This document shows, piece after piece, positions 12,466 to 25,933 of a stretch of DNA of 64,000 nt; the first letter of the stretch is position 1; each line of letters opens with the position of its first letter. Origin of the DNA: Leucoraja ocellata (Eukaryota); assembly GCA_036785375.1 (NCBI GenBank), contig JAWMAR010000011.1, positions 13,516,001 to 13,580,000 of the forward strand, read 5' to 3'. The notes beneath the pieces are model-generated. The model ran no database searches. It saw only the letters and a list, made by a program, of their open reading frames with translations, and had not been told where the DNA came from. Made by a program: the position numbers and the translations under genes.

Positions 12466-13849
12466 GATCAGATTCAGATTCAATTTTAATTGTCATTGTC
12501 AGTGTACAGTACAGAGACAACGAAATGCATTTAGCATCTCCCTTGAAGAGCGACATAGCAAACGATTTGAATAAAAAAATATTAAGTGTCCGGGGGGGGG
12601 GGGGGGGGGTGGTGATTGGCAGTCACCGAGGTACGTTGTTTAGTAGAGTGACAGCCGCCGGAAAGAAGCTGTTCCTCGACCTGTTGGTTCGGCAACGGAG
12701 AGACCTGTAGCGCCTCCCGGATGGTAGGAGGGGTAAACAGTCCATGGTTGGGGTGAGAGCAGTCCTTGGCGATGCTGAGCGCCCTCCGCAGACAGCGCTT
12801 GCTTTGGACAGACTCAATGGAGGGGAGCGTGGAACCGGTGATGCGTTGGGCAATTTTCACCACCCTCTGCAATGCCTTCCGGTCGGAGACAGAGCAGTTG
12901 CCATACCATACTGTGATGCAGTTGGTAAGGATGCTCTCGATGGTGCAGCGGTAGAAGTTCACCAGGATCTGAGGAGACAGATGGACCTTCTTCAGTCTCC
13001 TCAGGAAGAAGAGATGTTGATGAGCCTTCTTGATCAGAGTAGAGGTATTGTGGGTCCAAGAGAGGTCATCGGAGATGTTGACTCCCAGGAACCTGAAGCT
13101 AGAAACACGTTCCACCTCCGTCCCGTTAATGTGGATGGGGGTGTGCGTGCCGCCTCTGGACTTCCTGAAGTCTACAATGAGCTCCTTGGTCTTCTTGGAG
13201 TTAAGGGCCAGGTTGTTGTCAGCGCACCATGCTACTAAGTGCTGGACCTCCTCCCTGTAGGCCAGCTCATCGTTGTTGCTGATGAGGCCAATCACCGTTG
13301 TATCATCTGCATACTTGATGATGGTGTTAGTACCATGTACAGGTGTGCAGTCATAGGTGAAGAGGGAGTAGAGGAGGGGGCTCAGCACACAGCCCTGAGG
13401 AACGCCCTGAGGTTCAGGGTGAGGGTTGAAGAGGTGTGCTTGTCTAACCTCACAGACTGGGGTCTGTTGGTTAGAAAGTCCAGTATCCAGTTGCAGAGGG
13501 AGGGGTCGATGCCCAGGTTACCGAGTTTGGCGATCAGTTTTGATGGAATAATGGTGTTGAATGCTGAGCTGTAATCGATGAACAGCATTCTTACATAAGT
13601 GTCTCTGTTGTCGAGGTGGGAGAGGGCGGAGTGAAGTGCCGTTGAGATGGCATCCTCCGTACTCCTGTTCTTACGGTAGGCAAACTGATAGGGATCCAGT
13701 GTGGGGGGTAGGCAGCTTTTGAGGTGTGCCAGGACCAGCCTCTCGAAGCACTTGGTGATGATGGGGGTAAGTGCAACTGGGCGGAAGTCGTTGAGGCTTG
13801 CCACAGTGGAGTGTTTTGGCACTGGCACAATGGAGGTGGCTTTAAGGCA
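12466..13849 (-). mobile_element. Rex1/Babar-clade non-LTR retrotransposon, 5'-truncated RT with frameshift
   Basis: ORFs 13382..13828 and 12582..13388 contain [32 protein letters not shown] and KYADD. Frameshift at a short CCCTGAGG duplication (~13393-13412). (TGAATC)n tail. Confidence 0.92.
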
Positions 13850-15356
13850 AGATCCGGATGTTTACAGAACTGTAATGACTAATAAATGAATGAGGGAAAT
13901 TAGAGAGAAATGACGAACAAAGTGATGTTAATGTTAACTTTTATGTGGTTGTGTGTCTTGTTGCTTTTCATTTAGTGTGACTGTATGGTAACTCAAATTT
14001 CACTGTACCTTGGTACATGTGACAATAAACTGGCCTTGAAACCTTGAAACCATTAAACCTGAAATTCAGGTCAAGAGTTTTTGAAATGAAAAGGAATAGG
14101 TTGGATCAGGGAATGTCTGCAGAGCAAGTAAACCTGAGCTTAAAAACACTAATGAGTAGCCTTACAAGAGAATTATCCAGTTCTAATACAAAAAGAAAAA
14201 GCAAATTATCTGAAATTGCTGAATTCTTTATTGGGTTTAGAAAGCAGCAATATGTTCAGATGGAAGATAAGGTCTGTTCGCCCACGTAGGAACAGTGCAG
14301 GAGCCACAGATTTAAAAAAGAGCATTAAATGAGAGGCAACGGGAAGCTCAGTGTTACCTCTCTAGACTGATTGGAGGTTTTCCACAAGGCATTCCCCAAA
14401 TCAGGACTTGGTTACTTAAATGTAGAGGAGCTTGCTCCATTGGTATTGAATGTTTTGAGATGCTATTATGGAATGCATTAAATCCCATCTACCTGGAGGA
14501 CTTGGCCCACTGCAGTTCACCTACCTCCACAACAGGTCCATCGGGAAGAAGGTGCAGGAGCCTGAAAACTAACGTCCAGGTTCAGGAACAGCCTCTTCCC
14601 TGCAGCCATCAGGCTATTAAACACTACAACCTCAATAAGCAATGGACTTCATAGACTATTATTATTATTGCACAACTATTGTTTGTTTTTTGAGTATGTG
14701 TGTATGTGTATATATACACACTGAACTTTTTATTTCTCTGTCGTTTATCATATTGTTTACAATGTACTGTGTTTACATATTCTGTTGTGCTTCAGCAAAT
14801 AAGAATGTCATTGTTCTATCTGGGACACATGCCAATAAACCGCTTTTGACTTGATGATGCCTTCGCCCTAGCCCTACACTTATCTCTAAAACACTTGAAT
14901 AAGAGACCTGAAACGTCACCCATTCCTTCCCTCCAGAGATGTACCTGTCCCGCTGAGTAACTCCAGCATTTTGTGTCTATCTTCAGTTTAAACCAGCATC
15001 TGCAGTTCCTTCCTATGCTCAACAAAATATATATTTATAGAAATTGGGGGTAAAAAGGAAGGAAATAATTGATCTGTATTTTCTTCATTTAAAAAAAATT
15101 AAATGGCTAATCATTTCACAATATTCCGGCAACATAGAATCACAGCAACATAGAATCAGTGTGATACAATATAGGAGGCCAGTCAATCCATCATAATTGC
15201 ACCAACCCTTTACAGAGCTATCCAGTTGCTCCCACAATCTTATTTATTTTTCTACATTTCAAGTTGCTTTCATTTTCAACTGATTTCCAGCTATTGAATT
15301 TGCTTTCACCTTTCTTTCAATAGTGAATCCCAGATTCAGCAGTGAATCCCACTACA

Positions 15357-15570
15357 GAGCATGGTGCTGGCCTGGCCAAGCTGGCCTTCCGTGAGTCACG
15401 GCGCAGGGCGGAAGAGGGCTTTGCCCGAGCCAGATGCTTGCCCCTTTTTTGGGGTTACGTCCGTGCCCGGGTGGTGTTAAAAAGAGATATAGTTGTATTG
15501 TAGTTATTTAGTATATTTGTAAGGATTGTGACATAGTTGTTTGAAAATTTAGTGTCTAGATAATTTGGTG
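15357..15570 (+). mobile_element. Tx1/L1-like LINE 3' fragment
   Basis: GLAKLA..ESR...CLPLF.GYVRARV resembles the C-terminus of Tx1-type ORF2. Confidence 0.5.
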
Positions 15571-16700
15571 AGTTTGTACTACGGTGGTGGGTGTGTTACC
15601 ACGGTTATCGTGATCCTAATTAAATAAATTATTTTTGATACAAACAAAAACAAACAGATCACAGCGCTAGCGCAGAAGGGAGCTCCTGGCGAGCTCTGCA
15701 CAGCCATGCTGGAGGCGGTCTTGCAACCGTCAGAGTGAGCAAGGACGTCAGCCATCGAAGAACCGTCGCCCGCGTGAGTGCCGGCGGTTGGTCGGTCAAG
15801 GATGTGCCACCGAGAAGAAGAGGGACCTGGCGTGAGGGGGGGCGCAGAGATCAAAGAAGATCCTAGCTTGGGGGGGGCGCGGAGAACCAAGAGGAACTCG
15901 GGGGAGGGGGCGAGGTGGGCAGAGGGCCCATCGGGGCTATATTGAATACTTTTGTAACTTTGTCGGTGCCCAATGGCGACACTTTGACACATGACAATAA
16001 AGTGTCAATCAATCTATCAATCAATCAATGATAACAACCAGTGGGATTTAAAAATAAATTCTACTCAAATCCTGCCTTTGGCAATTTGTCAATTTAATTA
16101 TCTCAAAGCTGGCAAACTTTGACAAGACTATCCCAGTTCTGATTATTACAGAGGTGTTCATCACTGGAATTCTGCAGGTTCTGTGACATCACATAATGTG
16201 ATTTTAGAACTGAACTTGTCTAAGTTCTGGCAACGTGCCTTTCAAACAACTTTTGTTTGATGTAGCCCAGATGTGTTCCACAGTCTTCTAAGCTGTGAAC
16301 TGGAAGAGAGATGAGTGAGACGATCCTAAGGCCAACCTTAACTTGTTTACTGCCAATATCCTGCTAAGTTTTGTTTTGGCTACTTAAATGAACAAAAGAT
16401 TTCTAATTAAAATGAAAACTTTGCAATGAGGATTTTTTTTTAAATCTAATCAAAATGGAAATTATTTTCAAGACTATTTGGCAGTCCCTAGAGTTTGAGA
16501 AGGGTGAAGTTGAAGAAACATGCGTATGTCCCGAGGGCCAACAAATATCTTCTGAGGAGTTTGATGAAACACAAAGTGCTTTGAACTGGTAATGCAAGTC
16601 TTCAGAGAAATTACTAATAAGATTTGTTACACAAATCATGAATTACAGTTATAATTTGATGTATCCCACTTGTTTTAACAAGAGCTGCAAGAACAGCGCT

Positions 16701-17000
16701 GGGCGGCATGGTGGCACAGTTGCTGCCTTACAGCACTTACAGTGCCAGAGGCCCCGACTACTGGTGCTGTCTGTATGGAGTTGCACGTTCTCCATGTGAC
16801 CGCCTGGGTTTTCTCCGAGATCTTCGGTTTCCTCCCACACGCCAAAAATGTACAGGTTTGTAGGTTAATTGGCTTGGTAGAAATGTAAAATTTCCCTAGT
16901 GTGTTGAGGATGGTGTTAACGTGCGGGGATCGCTGGTTTGTGCGGACTCGGTGGGCTGAAGGGCCTGTTTCCGCACTGTATCTCTAAAACTAAAACTAAA
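16701..17000 (+). mobile_element. tRNA-derived V-SINE (HE1-like)
   Basis: tRNA-like head, V-domain GTGACC..TGGGTTTTCTCCG..CGGTTTCCTCCCACA, CR1-like tail GAAGGGCCTGTTTCC and (CTAAA)n. Confidence 0.85.
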
Positions 17001-17305
17001 AAAATATTTAGCTGCTCTCAATGACAGTGTTAATGACAGATAAAGTTGTTTACTCTCCCCCTCCCAGCTTTGCAAATAAATGCAAGCATCTCAAACTGAA
17101 CTTTTGATGGAAGATTTAGCTCATGGAGGGATCAGAAGTACTTTATAATGGTGTAGCTGGATCTATTTCTATATTTATTTGTAAAATAACTTAAAAAATC
17201 TGAAACTATTTGTTTGTTTTATGGCTTCCTTATAACATTACTATCCTCTTGCTTTGCAGGCTGTACAATTATACAGTTGGTTCTACACCTGACCCTTTGG
17301 ACATC

Positions 17306-17392
17306 ATGTGGGTTGGGTTGAAACGAACTTATGGATGCTCAGATATTTCAGTCAAAAGTATTATCAATAATGCCAAAAAGAAAAACCAAGAG
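17306..17392 (+). CDS. Uncharacterised putative coiled-coil protein, coding exon A (MWVGLKR...KKKNQE)
   Basis: Acceptor TTGCTTTGCAG|G at 17260, ATG at 17306, donor GAG|GTACAT in phase 0 matching the next exon. The frame is also open upstream of the ATG to the acceptor. Confidence 0.65.
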
Positions 17393-18389
17393 GTACATGC
17401 AACTGAATAGTGTTTGCAGCCTTGGTACAGTCTTTGATTTATTTAATAATTAAATAGTCTAAAAAAAGAATCATAGTGCTGGAGTAACTCAGCAGGTCAG
17501 GTAACATCCTTGGAGAACATGGATAGGTGATGTTTCAGGTCAGGACCCTTCTTCAGATTGATTGTGGTGGGGTGGGGTCAGGACAAAGCCTGACAAGTGA
17601 AGGGTGGTTACAGATGAGGAGGGGGTGGGGAGGTTTTGGTAGACTATTGGATAAAGGCCAAAGATGAAAAGACAAAAAGTGAACTGTGAAGCCAGAGGAA
17701 GGAGTACAGGTAGAAGAGGAGGGGGAAAGAGAGAAATGGATGCGAGTCCAGGTGGGGGACAGGGAAGAGATGGGGAAGTGGGGTTGTTTGTAGGTTATTT
17801 AGGTAAAATTGGAGAATCCACTGTTCATACCATTAGGTTGTAAGCTGCCCAAGCATAGGTTGTAAGCTACCCATGAAAATGTCTAGTCAATGTAACAATG
17901 ATATTTTACTTCCTTTTTTTGGTCCCTTTCACTACTTTTGTACCTTAGATATATTTCTGCATGAAGAATAAATTAGACTAACTAATGGTGGGCCCACCGA
18001 TTCTCTCCATATGATTGCAATATCAATTGATTAGTTTGCCAGTACATTGACATCTCTTGTTCCTTTTAGTATGAGTGCGAAGCTGTTGAAGCCTCGGTAG
18101 ATAGCATACAGCGGAAAGCAGCAGCTGTGAGGGAAAACTCCTCTCTGCTGGAGGTAAGTACTTAGTATTCAATGAAATATATTTGCAGCAAGTTCGTAGA
18201 TTCAATGCAGGAAATGCAGTGGCTAATGTTGCATTAATCAAGCCAACCCACACAGCAATGCAACATCCTCCAAGCTAGAGAATGTACCATCTTCCCTGGA
18301 AAACAGTGCAATAGTCCCTTTGTACTATTCCAGAACATCCAATGGCTAATTTTGATAGCCTTTAAAGTATCAATGGATGCCACATTGTT

Positions 18390-19180
18390 TTAAAAAATAT
18401 ATTTGTATTTATTAGAAGTACAGTAAATTACAGTAGTACAATCCAGATATATCTTATTACATTTATTGTACCCCTTCATTTTTGAAGCTTTAAGGAAAGA
18501 TATTGATAAAGAAAGTAGAGAAAGTGAGAGAAAGAAAGTTGTGTTCGTGTAAAAGAGTGATCAATGAGAAAAAAAAACAGAGACCCATTGGTTAGAGAAA
18601 AGAATTAAGAAATAGACCCTAGAAAAGAAAGGAGGAAAAAGGAAAAAAAACACAAAAAACCCCAAAGCTCTATTATTAAAACCGCGCAAATGGGATATAC
18701 CAACTTCATATTTTTCCTCCTCCTTTACCAGATCCTGACACCATTTCTTTTTTGAAGTACTGTTGTACCTTATTCTTGTAGTAAGTCGATAAATGCAGAC
18801 CACGTCTTTTGGAAGTGGTCTGATTTGCCTGCAAGGTCTCATATCTACCAGGTGTAATGTTTCAAACATATTTGAAATCCACATATTTAATGTTGGTATA
18901 GGAGCGTTCTTCCAGAATTTAAGTATAAGCTTTTTTCCCATTATTAGCCCATAATTAAATAGATTCTTTTGAAACACATTTAGTTCAGGGCTACCTTCCA
19001 TTGTTCCAAAGATAATCCATTCAGGTTTTGGTATCAGTTTTATTTTGAATAATTTTGTAAAATTCAGTCCAACATTTTTGAATTTTTATACAAAAAACAA
19101 ATGAGTGCGCTATGGTAGCTTCTTGAGATCGGCATTTATCACAAATAGGTGAAACGTTAGGAAAAAGTTTACTTATTTTT
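18390..19180 (-). mobile_element. L1-clade LINE ORF2 3' end
   Basis: CDKC...AHSFVFC cysteine motif and KKLILKFWK.AP.PT..MW, followed by a T-rich 3' UTR and tail. Confidence 0.75.
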
Positions 19181-19907
19181 CTCAGTCACTAACTGGTCGA
19201 GGATGCGTCTTTCCTCCGAGCTGCATCTTCACCTCCTCCTCGTGGCCTACCGTCTGGATTGGCGCGGGAAATGCTGATTACGCTCTGTGGGGATGTTCAT
19301 GTTAAATTCTATCGTGTGTTGTGTTATTTTTATTCGTATGGCTGTATGGTAACCCAAATCTCACTGTACTAATTGGTACATGTGACAATAAATATAAACT
19401 TGAACTTGAAACTTGAAATAGTTTGCACGTGTCAATAGAAGAGATTTACTTGACAGTTTCCAAAGCAAATCTCTTAAGTAGTCTTCCACTATAAATCTTG
19501 CACTCACGACGGAAATTATGTCTAATTGATTACTTGTGGGGAAGCTACATATAAACTTTTTATTTTGAAGATTGTTTGACTTTTGAATTAACTGGCTACC
19601 CCACTTCAATAACTTCTAAAGATGTTTGCATTTCTGTCACTGACTTTCTTACCTTGAGAAATTGCTTTAAATTTATGAGAGTTTGTATAAAGTTGGATTT
19701 TTGCAAATCAAGAATTCTGTAATCTGGGGAGCTCCTGTATAAGTGAATTATGTCAGGTATTTAATGCAGAATTCTTTCAAACATTGCCAAATAATTTGTC
19801 ATAACTCGAAGTTCATATAAATGTTAGTAGCAAGTGCATCATTGCTATCACTGCTTGAAATATCGGGGTGAAAGATCCATCACAATCTTATTTCTTCCCC
19901 ATGACAG

Positions 19908-20254
19908 TTAAAATTGCGACAACTCTGCAGACGTATCAAAGAGGACACCATGAAGAAACACAAAAAGATTAAAGTCGATCTGAGCAAGAGACTCAGAAAG
20001 CGGAGTCTTACTGATGAGATTGGCTCATCAAGCTATCACAACCCCAATGAGAGTTTATGCCAGACACTTGAATACGTGGTTGCCACTATGTCTGACCTCG
20101 AGGTGATGATGACAGACATTATAAACACCATTGAGGAGGACCCCAATACTGACAGAATGCCTGAGAAGGATCCCATGACATCCAGGAAAGATTCTGAAAC
20201 TCGAAACATGCCACACAAGCCCAAATCTTTATCATCTGTGTTGGAGGAAGTCAG
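19908..20254 (+). CDS. Uncharacterised protein, exon B (LKLRQLCRR...VLEEV)
   Basis: Acceptor TTTCTTCCCCATGACAG|, 347-bp open frame, donor AG|GTAACC; phase 0 to 2. Confidence 0.85.
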
Positions 20255-20436
20255 GTAACCACATAATATACAACCATATTTCTTCATTACTATCTTCCCA
20301 TCATAATCTTTAATCTCCTTGTTTATTAAGTATCTATTTCACTCTGCTTTAAAATTATTTTAAAAACTGTGTCGATTGCCCTCTGCACCCGCTCCACTCT
20401 TTTAAGACCCCAAAGAACCCGATATGTTTCAATCTG

Positions 20437-20743
20437 AGGGGCATGGTGACACAGTGGTTGAGTTGCTGCCTTACAGCGCCAGAAACCCGGGTTCGATCCT
20501 GACTACGGGTGCTGTCTGTACAGAGATTGTATGTTCTCCCTGTGACCATGTGGGTTTCCTCTAGTGCGTTGGTTTCCTCCCACATTCCAAAGACGTACAG
20601 GTTTGTAGGTTAATTGGCTATAGTAACAATTGTAAATTGTCCCTAGTGTGTAGGATAGTGCTAGTGTATGGGGATTGCTGGTCGGTGCAGACTCAATGGA
20701 CCGAAGAGACTGCTTCCATGCTGTATCTGTAAACTAAACTAAA
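20437..20743 (+). mobile_element. V-SINE
   Basis: A/B-box-like head (GGTTCGATCC), V-domain, CR1-like tail. Confidence 0.85.
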
Positions 20744-21854
20744 CATATTCAGTTCCACTCATCTAAATTCCAAAGGAAGCAACGCTTTCCTGTACAACCA
20801 ACCATTCCAGGTATTAGTCTAGTAAACCTCTCTCAACAGCTTCCGGTGATATCAGGAAGCGAATAGTGTAAATTGAGCTCCATGTAACCCAAGCATAATC
20901 CATCTGGTTTTGTATTCAGTTGCCTCAGCAATAAACAATAACATCTGTTAGTTTTCCTAATGATTTGAAATATCTGAATGCAAGTCCTTTGCGAATTATG
21001 TACCAAAACATCCAGATCCCTCTTCATTGCATTAATATGTTAAATTAGCATTGAGCAATTATACAGAACTAGTATGTTTGGGACAAATGGTCCATGCCAT
21101 TAATGTTTCACACAAGCCTTTTCCCCACTCTTGCTTACCTCAGCATTTGCTTGCAGTCCTTTCTCCCTGAAGTATTTGTCCAGTTATTCTTCACAGCAAT
21201 GCAAATCAACAAAATGATCTTATGTGTAAGTGAATGCCACTTTCTAATCGAGAATCTGGGTAAAAAAAGCAGATGCTTCTGAATTTAGTATTATTTATCA
21301 GTGACACTTTTGTATTCATGTCTCCAAGGTTCTCCCATAAGAAGAGATATTTCCCTGTCTCCACTCAAACCCTTTCCTGATTTTAAAACGTCTCTGCAGA
21401 TTTTTCCAGCTTATCCTCCTAATTATAACCTCACAATTCCAGTATTACCTGCATACAATGTTGTTTAACTGTTTGTTGCTCCATTATACCTTTTTTTATT
21501 ATAAGGCAGGGATCATTACTCTAGTGCTACCCAAGTGTGGTCTAACCTTGTGAAAGTTCTTTACAACTTTAACCTAATTTCTTTACTGTTTTGTTTCTTC
21601 ACTTAAGGGAACCAAGTGATCGATTTGAAACACTTGATCGCAGAACTGCTTGGGAATGCAGATATTGAGTACTCCTTTACATTTATGCGGAAATCCCCAG
21701 ATATGCAAAGCAGCTGCCAAATTGTAGAAATGGCATTAACCATTTATTATTATTAGGATCAATGACATGGGGTCTGCATATATAATATTAAGTGCTTTAG
21801 ATATTTTGAATGACACTAGATACATAAACATTGCTATCTTAACATTTGCAACTT

Positions 21855-22161
21855 TAGTTTAGTTTAGAGATAAATTGTGGAAACAGGCCCTTCAGCCCAC
21901 TGAGTCCACACTGACCAGCAATTCCCACACAATAATACTATCCTACACATACTAGGGACAATTTACAATTTTAACAAGCCAATTAACTACAAACCTGTAG
22001 GTCTCTGGAGTGTGGGAGGAAACCCGAATCCCGGAGAAAACCTACGCAGGTCATGGGGAGGATGTAAAAACTCCATACAGACAGTACCCGTAGTCAGGAT
22101 CGAACCTGGGTCTCTGCCGCTGTAAGGCAGCAAATCTACTGCAGCGAACACCGTGCTGCCC
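21855..22161 (-). mobile_element. V-SINE
   Basis: Reverse complement of the same family. Confidence 0.85.
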
Positions 22162-23653
22162 ACTTAACCTTAAACGTAAGCCAACTTAAACCCCGTCTTT
22201 CATAATATTCATAGAGTATCTCTCTTCCAAAGAAATATAATACTAACTGAAATGATCCAGTGTTTGATAACTGAAAAATGATCTTGCACAGCACTCCAGT
22301 GCAACTAGGAGAACCATAATAGTCCAATAATAATTTATATTTAAGAAGTATATTTAATGAATCACGCACGATTGCTTCATTGGAGCACAATGTACACAAA
22401 AGAAGGGAGCAAGAGGACATGCTGAGTGTCTGAAAATAAATACAACCACACTTTCGACAGAATTGAAGACATGAGTAAATCCATTGGTTCAATTCTATAC
22501 ATATTCCACAGCATTACCTTATAGCTGGTGAAAATTATTGCCCATTGACATACTCCCATTCAAGTTAAATGTTTATGCTGTTTCCAACGAAAGATGTCAG
22601 CAATGGCAACTTGGATCACTCTCAACTTTGGCTGTAGTTGTCCTCAAATCAAGCTCTGGGTTAGGTTTATTCATCTCTTCACCAGCAACCAGAGTTCTAT
22701 CTGTGCAATTGAGTGAAGCCCAGCTTTTCCAACAATGGCTGGAGTAAAGTGACTTTACACATAGATTCAGGCAATGGATTTCATCTTTGAACAACTTTAA
22801 AACCAGACTGAAAGGTGAAAGAATTGAGATGCACTGCATTGATTTCAATGGTGTGATATTCTGAGTTTGAATCTATATGTGTTGGGATTTGTGGCAACTC
22901 CATTGTACATCATTTGTATGTGATACCCTGATGAGGAACCTGTGCCAAATTCATTCTACCATATATTCTATTTGAATTAGAGATAGAAGATGACCCTTTG
23001 GTGCAAAAAATTAAATTATGTGTGCTATCTTATGCCATCTTTGCCCTCCTCTTTCCACTGACATAGTTTCTGATTTTGTGCTGTTAAATCAGATATATTA
23101 TATTCCCTGACAAAACAGCTTGGCCAAACTAACGGGACTTCGGTGGGCCAGGTAACTGCTCAGTAGCTAGCGCCTCTGCAGTGAAACTAGAGACATAGTT
23201 TGAAAATTCAAAGCAAATGCAGATGTTGAAATGAGCAAAATATAAAATTAGAACTAATCGCCAGATTACAATATAAAGAGAGAAATAGGGTTAATGTTTC
23301 AGGACCCTGAGTTTCTCACGTTTCCGTCTTCTACAGTAAATGGATGATACATGCGAGGAGGTGGGTTTCAAATATAAACCCTTCTAATAACTTTTTGTCT
23401 TTTCCTCTCTAAAGTTCCTTCAATGCCACTGGTATGCCAGATGTTCTATTCCCTCCGTCGCACATTTTTCACCTAAAAGCAGGAAACATTAATGTAGGGA
23501 TTAATAACTGCTACGTTTCCCAACTTCACCTCGCAGGCCAATTCAAGTCATCTCCCACTAACTTGTGCAATTTTTTAATATCTGATGTGATGTGATGCTA
23601 ATGTTCATAGAAGTGCCGCCTTCACTTTATTATTGCCCCGCTGGCAATATTAC

Positions 23654-24350
23654 TTTAGACTTTGGGATACAGCGTGGAAACAGGCACTTCGACCCACCGA
23701 GTCTGCGCCGACCAGCGATCCCCACACAGTAGCACTATCCTACAAAGGACGATTTTACAAATTTACCGAAACCAATTAACTTACAAACCTTTATGTCTTT
23801 GGAGTGTGGGAGGAAACCGGAGCACCCGGAAAAAATTCATGCGTTCACAGGGAGATTGTGCAAACTCCATAGTCAAGATTGAATCTGGGCCTCTGGCGCT
23901 GTAAGTCATCAACTCCACCACTGCTCCACTACACCACCCTATTACGTGGTCATTGATGGAGGGTTTTCGCTTTTGCTAAATCTGAGTAAGGGGAAAATCA
24001 CAAATAATATTGAAACAAAGTGTTATTTTTGCCTCTGTATATTTAGTTTTGGTTTAGTTTAGAGATAAGCGAGGAAACAGGCTTTTTGGCCCACCGAGTC
24101 CATGCCGATCAGTGATCCCCGCACATTAACCCTATCCTACACACACTAGGGGCAATTTACACTTATCAAGACAATTAATTTACCTACCTGTACGTCTTTG
24201 GAGTGTGGGAGGAAATCGAAGATCTCGGAGAAAACCCACGCAGTTACGAGGGGAACGTACTAACTCCATACAGACACGCCAGTAGTCAGGAACGAACCTG
24301 ATTGCCATTAATACTAAGGCAGTAACTCTACAACTGCGCCACCGTGCCAC
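23654..24350 (-). mobile_element. Two V-SINE copies (23654-23938, 24043-24350)
   Basis: Reverse complement of the same family. Confidence 0.8.
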
Positions 24351-24994
24351 TCAACATTTATTCGATAGAAATAAATTAAAAGCAACAGAAAGCTCACTCC
24401 AACTTAGTAAGGATATTTATAAATGCTCAAAAGACTGCAATTAGAAACCAGATAACTGACTGTTTCGTACTGTGCTTTAAAACCGTCTAATGCTGACAGA
24501 ACTTAACAAGAACAACTAAAGGAGTTTGTATGAAGGTTGGATACTTGCCAATTTTGTGCATGGAGATTCGTATGGTTTATGCAAAAAAGCTCTGGTCATA
24601 TACAGTCTTACTGTACTGTGAATACAAAAGTCCCTAATCCGTGCCTGGCGATCGCCATTATTACTAAACAAAAGTTGACTGTGAATCTAACTATATGCGG
24701 GATACTGAAGAATGAACCTCTCTGTCTTCAGAACATAGAACAGTACAGTACAGGAAAAAGCCATTCGGCCCACAATGTCTGTGCCAAATGTGTTGTCGTT
24801 AAATTAATCTCCTCTGCTTGAATGTGATCCATATCACTCTGTTTCCTAAAGATCCAAATGCTTCTCAAATACCACAATTGTGTCTACAACCACCACTGCT
24901 GTTAGCGCATTCATTCCATCACTCTTTGTACAATAACTTTTTCCACACATTTCCTTAAAATTCTGCCCTTCTCACCTTAAAGCTGTGCCCTAAA

Positions 24995-25933
24995 GTTTGT
25001 GGATGACACTAAGCTGGGGGGCAGTGTTAGCTGTGAGGAGGATGCTAGGAGACTGCAAGGTGACTTGGATAGGCTGGGTGAGTGGGCAAATGTTTGGCAG
25101 ATGCAGTATAATGTGGATAAATGTGAGGTTATCCATTTTGGTGGCAAAAACGGGAAAGCAGACTATTATCTAAATGGTGGCCGATTGGGAAAGGGGGAGA
25201 TGCAGCGAGACCTGGGTGTCATGGTACACCAGTCATTGAAGTAGGCATGCAGGTGCAGCAGGCAGTAAAGAAAGCGAATGGTATGTTAGCTTTCATTGCA
25301 AAAGGATTTGAGTATAGGAGCAGGGAGGTTCTACTGCAGTTGTACAGGGTCTTGGTGAGACCACACCTGGAGTATTGCGTACAGTTTTGGTCTCCAAATC
25401 TGAGGAAGGACATTATTGCCATAGAGGGAGTGCAGAGACGGTTCACCAGACTGATTCCTGGGATGTCAGGACTGTCTTATGAAGAAAGACTGGATAGACT
25501 TGGTTTATACTCTCTAGAATTTAGGAGATTGAGAGGGGATCTTATAGAAACTTACAAAATTCTTAAGGGGTTGGACAGGCTAGATGCAGGAAGATTGTTC
25601 CCGATGTTAGGGAAGTCCAGGACAAGGGGTCACAGCTTAAGGATAAGGGGGAAATCCTTTAAAACCGAGATGAGAAGAACTTTTTTCACACAGAGAGTGG
25701 TGAATCTCTGGAACTCTCTGCCACAGAGGGTAGTTGAGGCCAGTTCATTGGCTATATTTAAGAGGGAGTTAGATGTGGCCCTTGTGGCTAAGGGGATCAG
25801 GGGGTATGGAGAGAAGGCAGGTACGGGATACTGAGTTGGATGATCAGCTATGATCATATTGAATGGCGGTGCAGGCTCGAAGGGCAGAATGGCCTACTCC
25901 TGCACCTAATTTCTATGTTTCTATGTTTCTATG
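24995..25933 (+). mobile_element. Young CR1 LINE, 5'-truncated
   Basis: DDTKLGG, LVRPHLEYCVQFWSP, FFTQRVVNLWNSLP; (TTTCTATG)n tail; near-identical to 53938-55066. Confidence 0.93.

Noticed and set aside
20437-20520. tRNA-like sequences with GGTTCGATCC boxes (here and in other copies)
   Set aside because: They are the heads of V-SINEs, continuous with the V-domain and tail, not tRNA genes.
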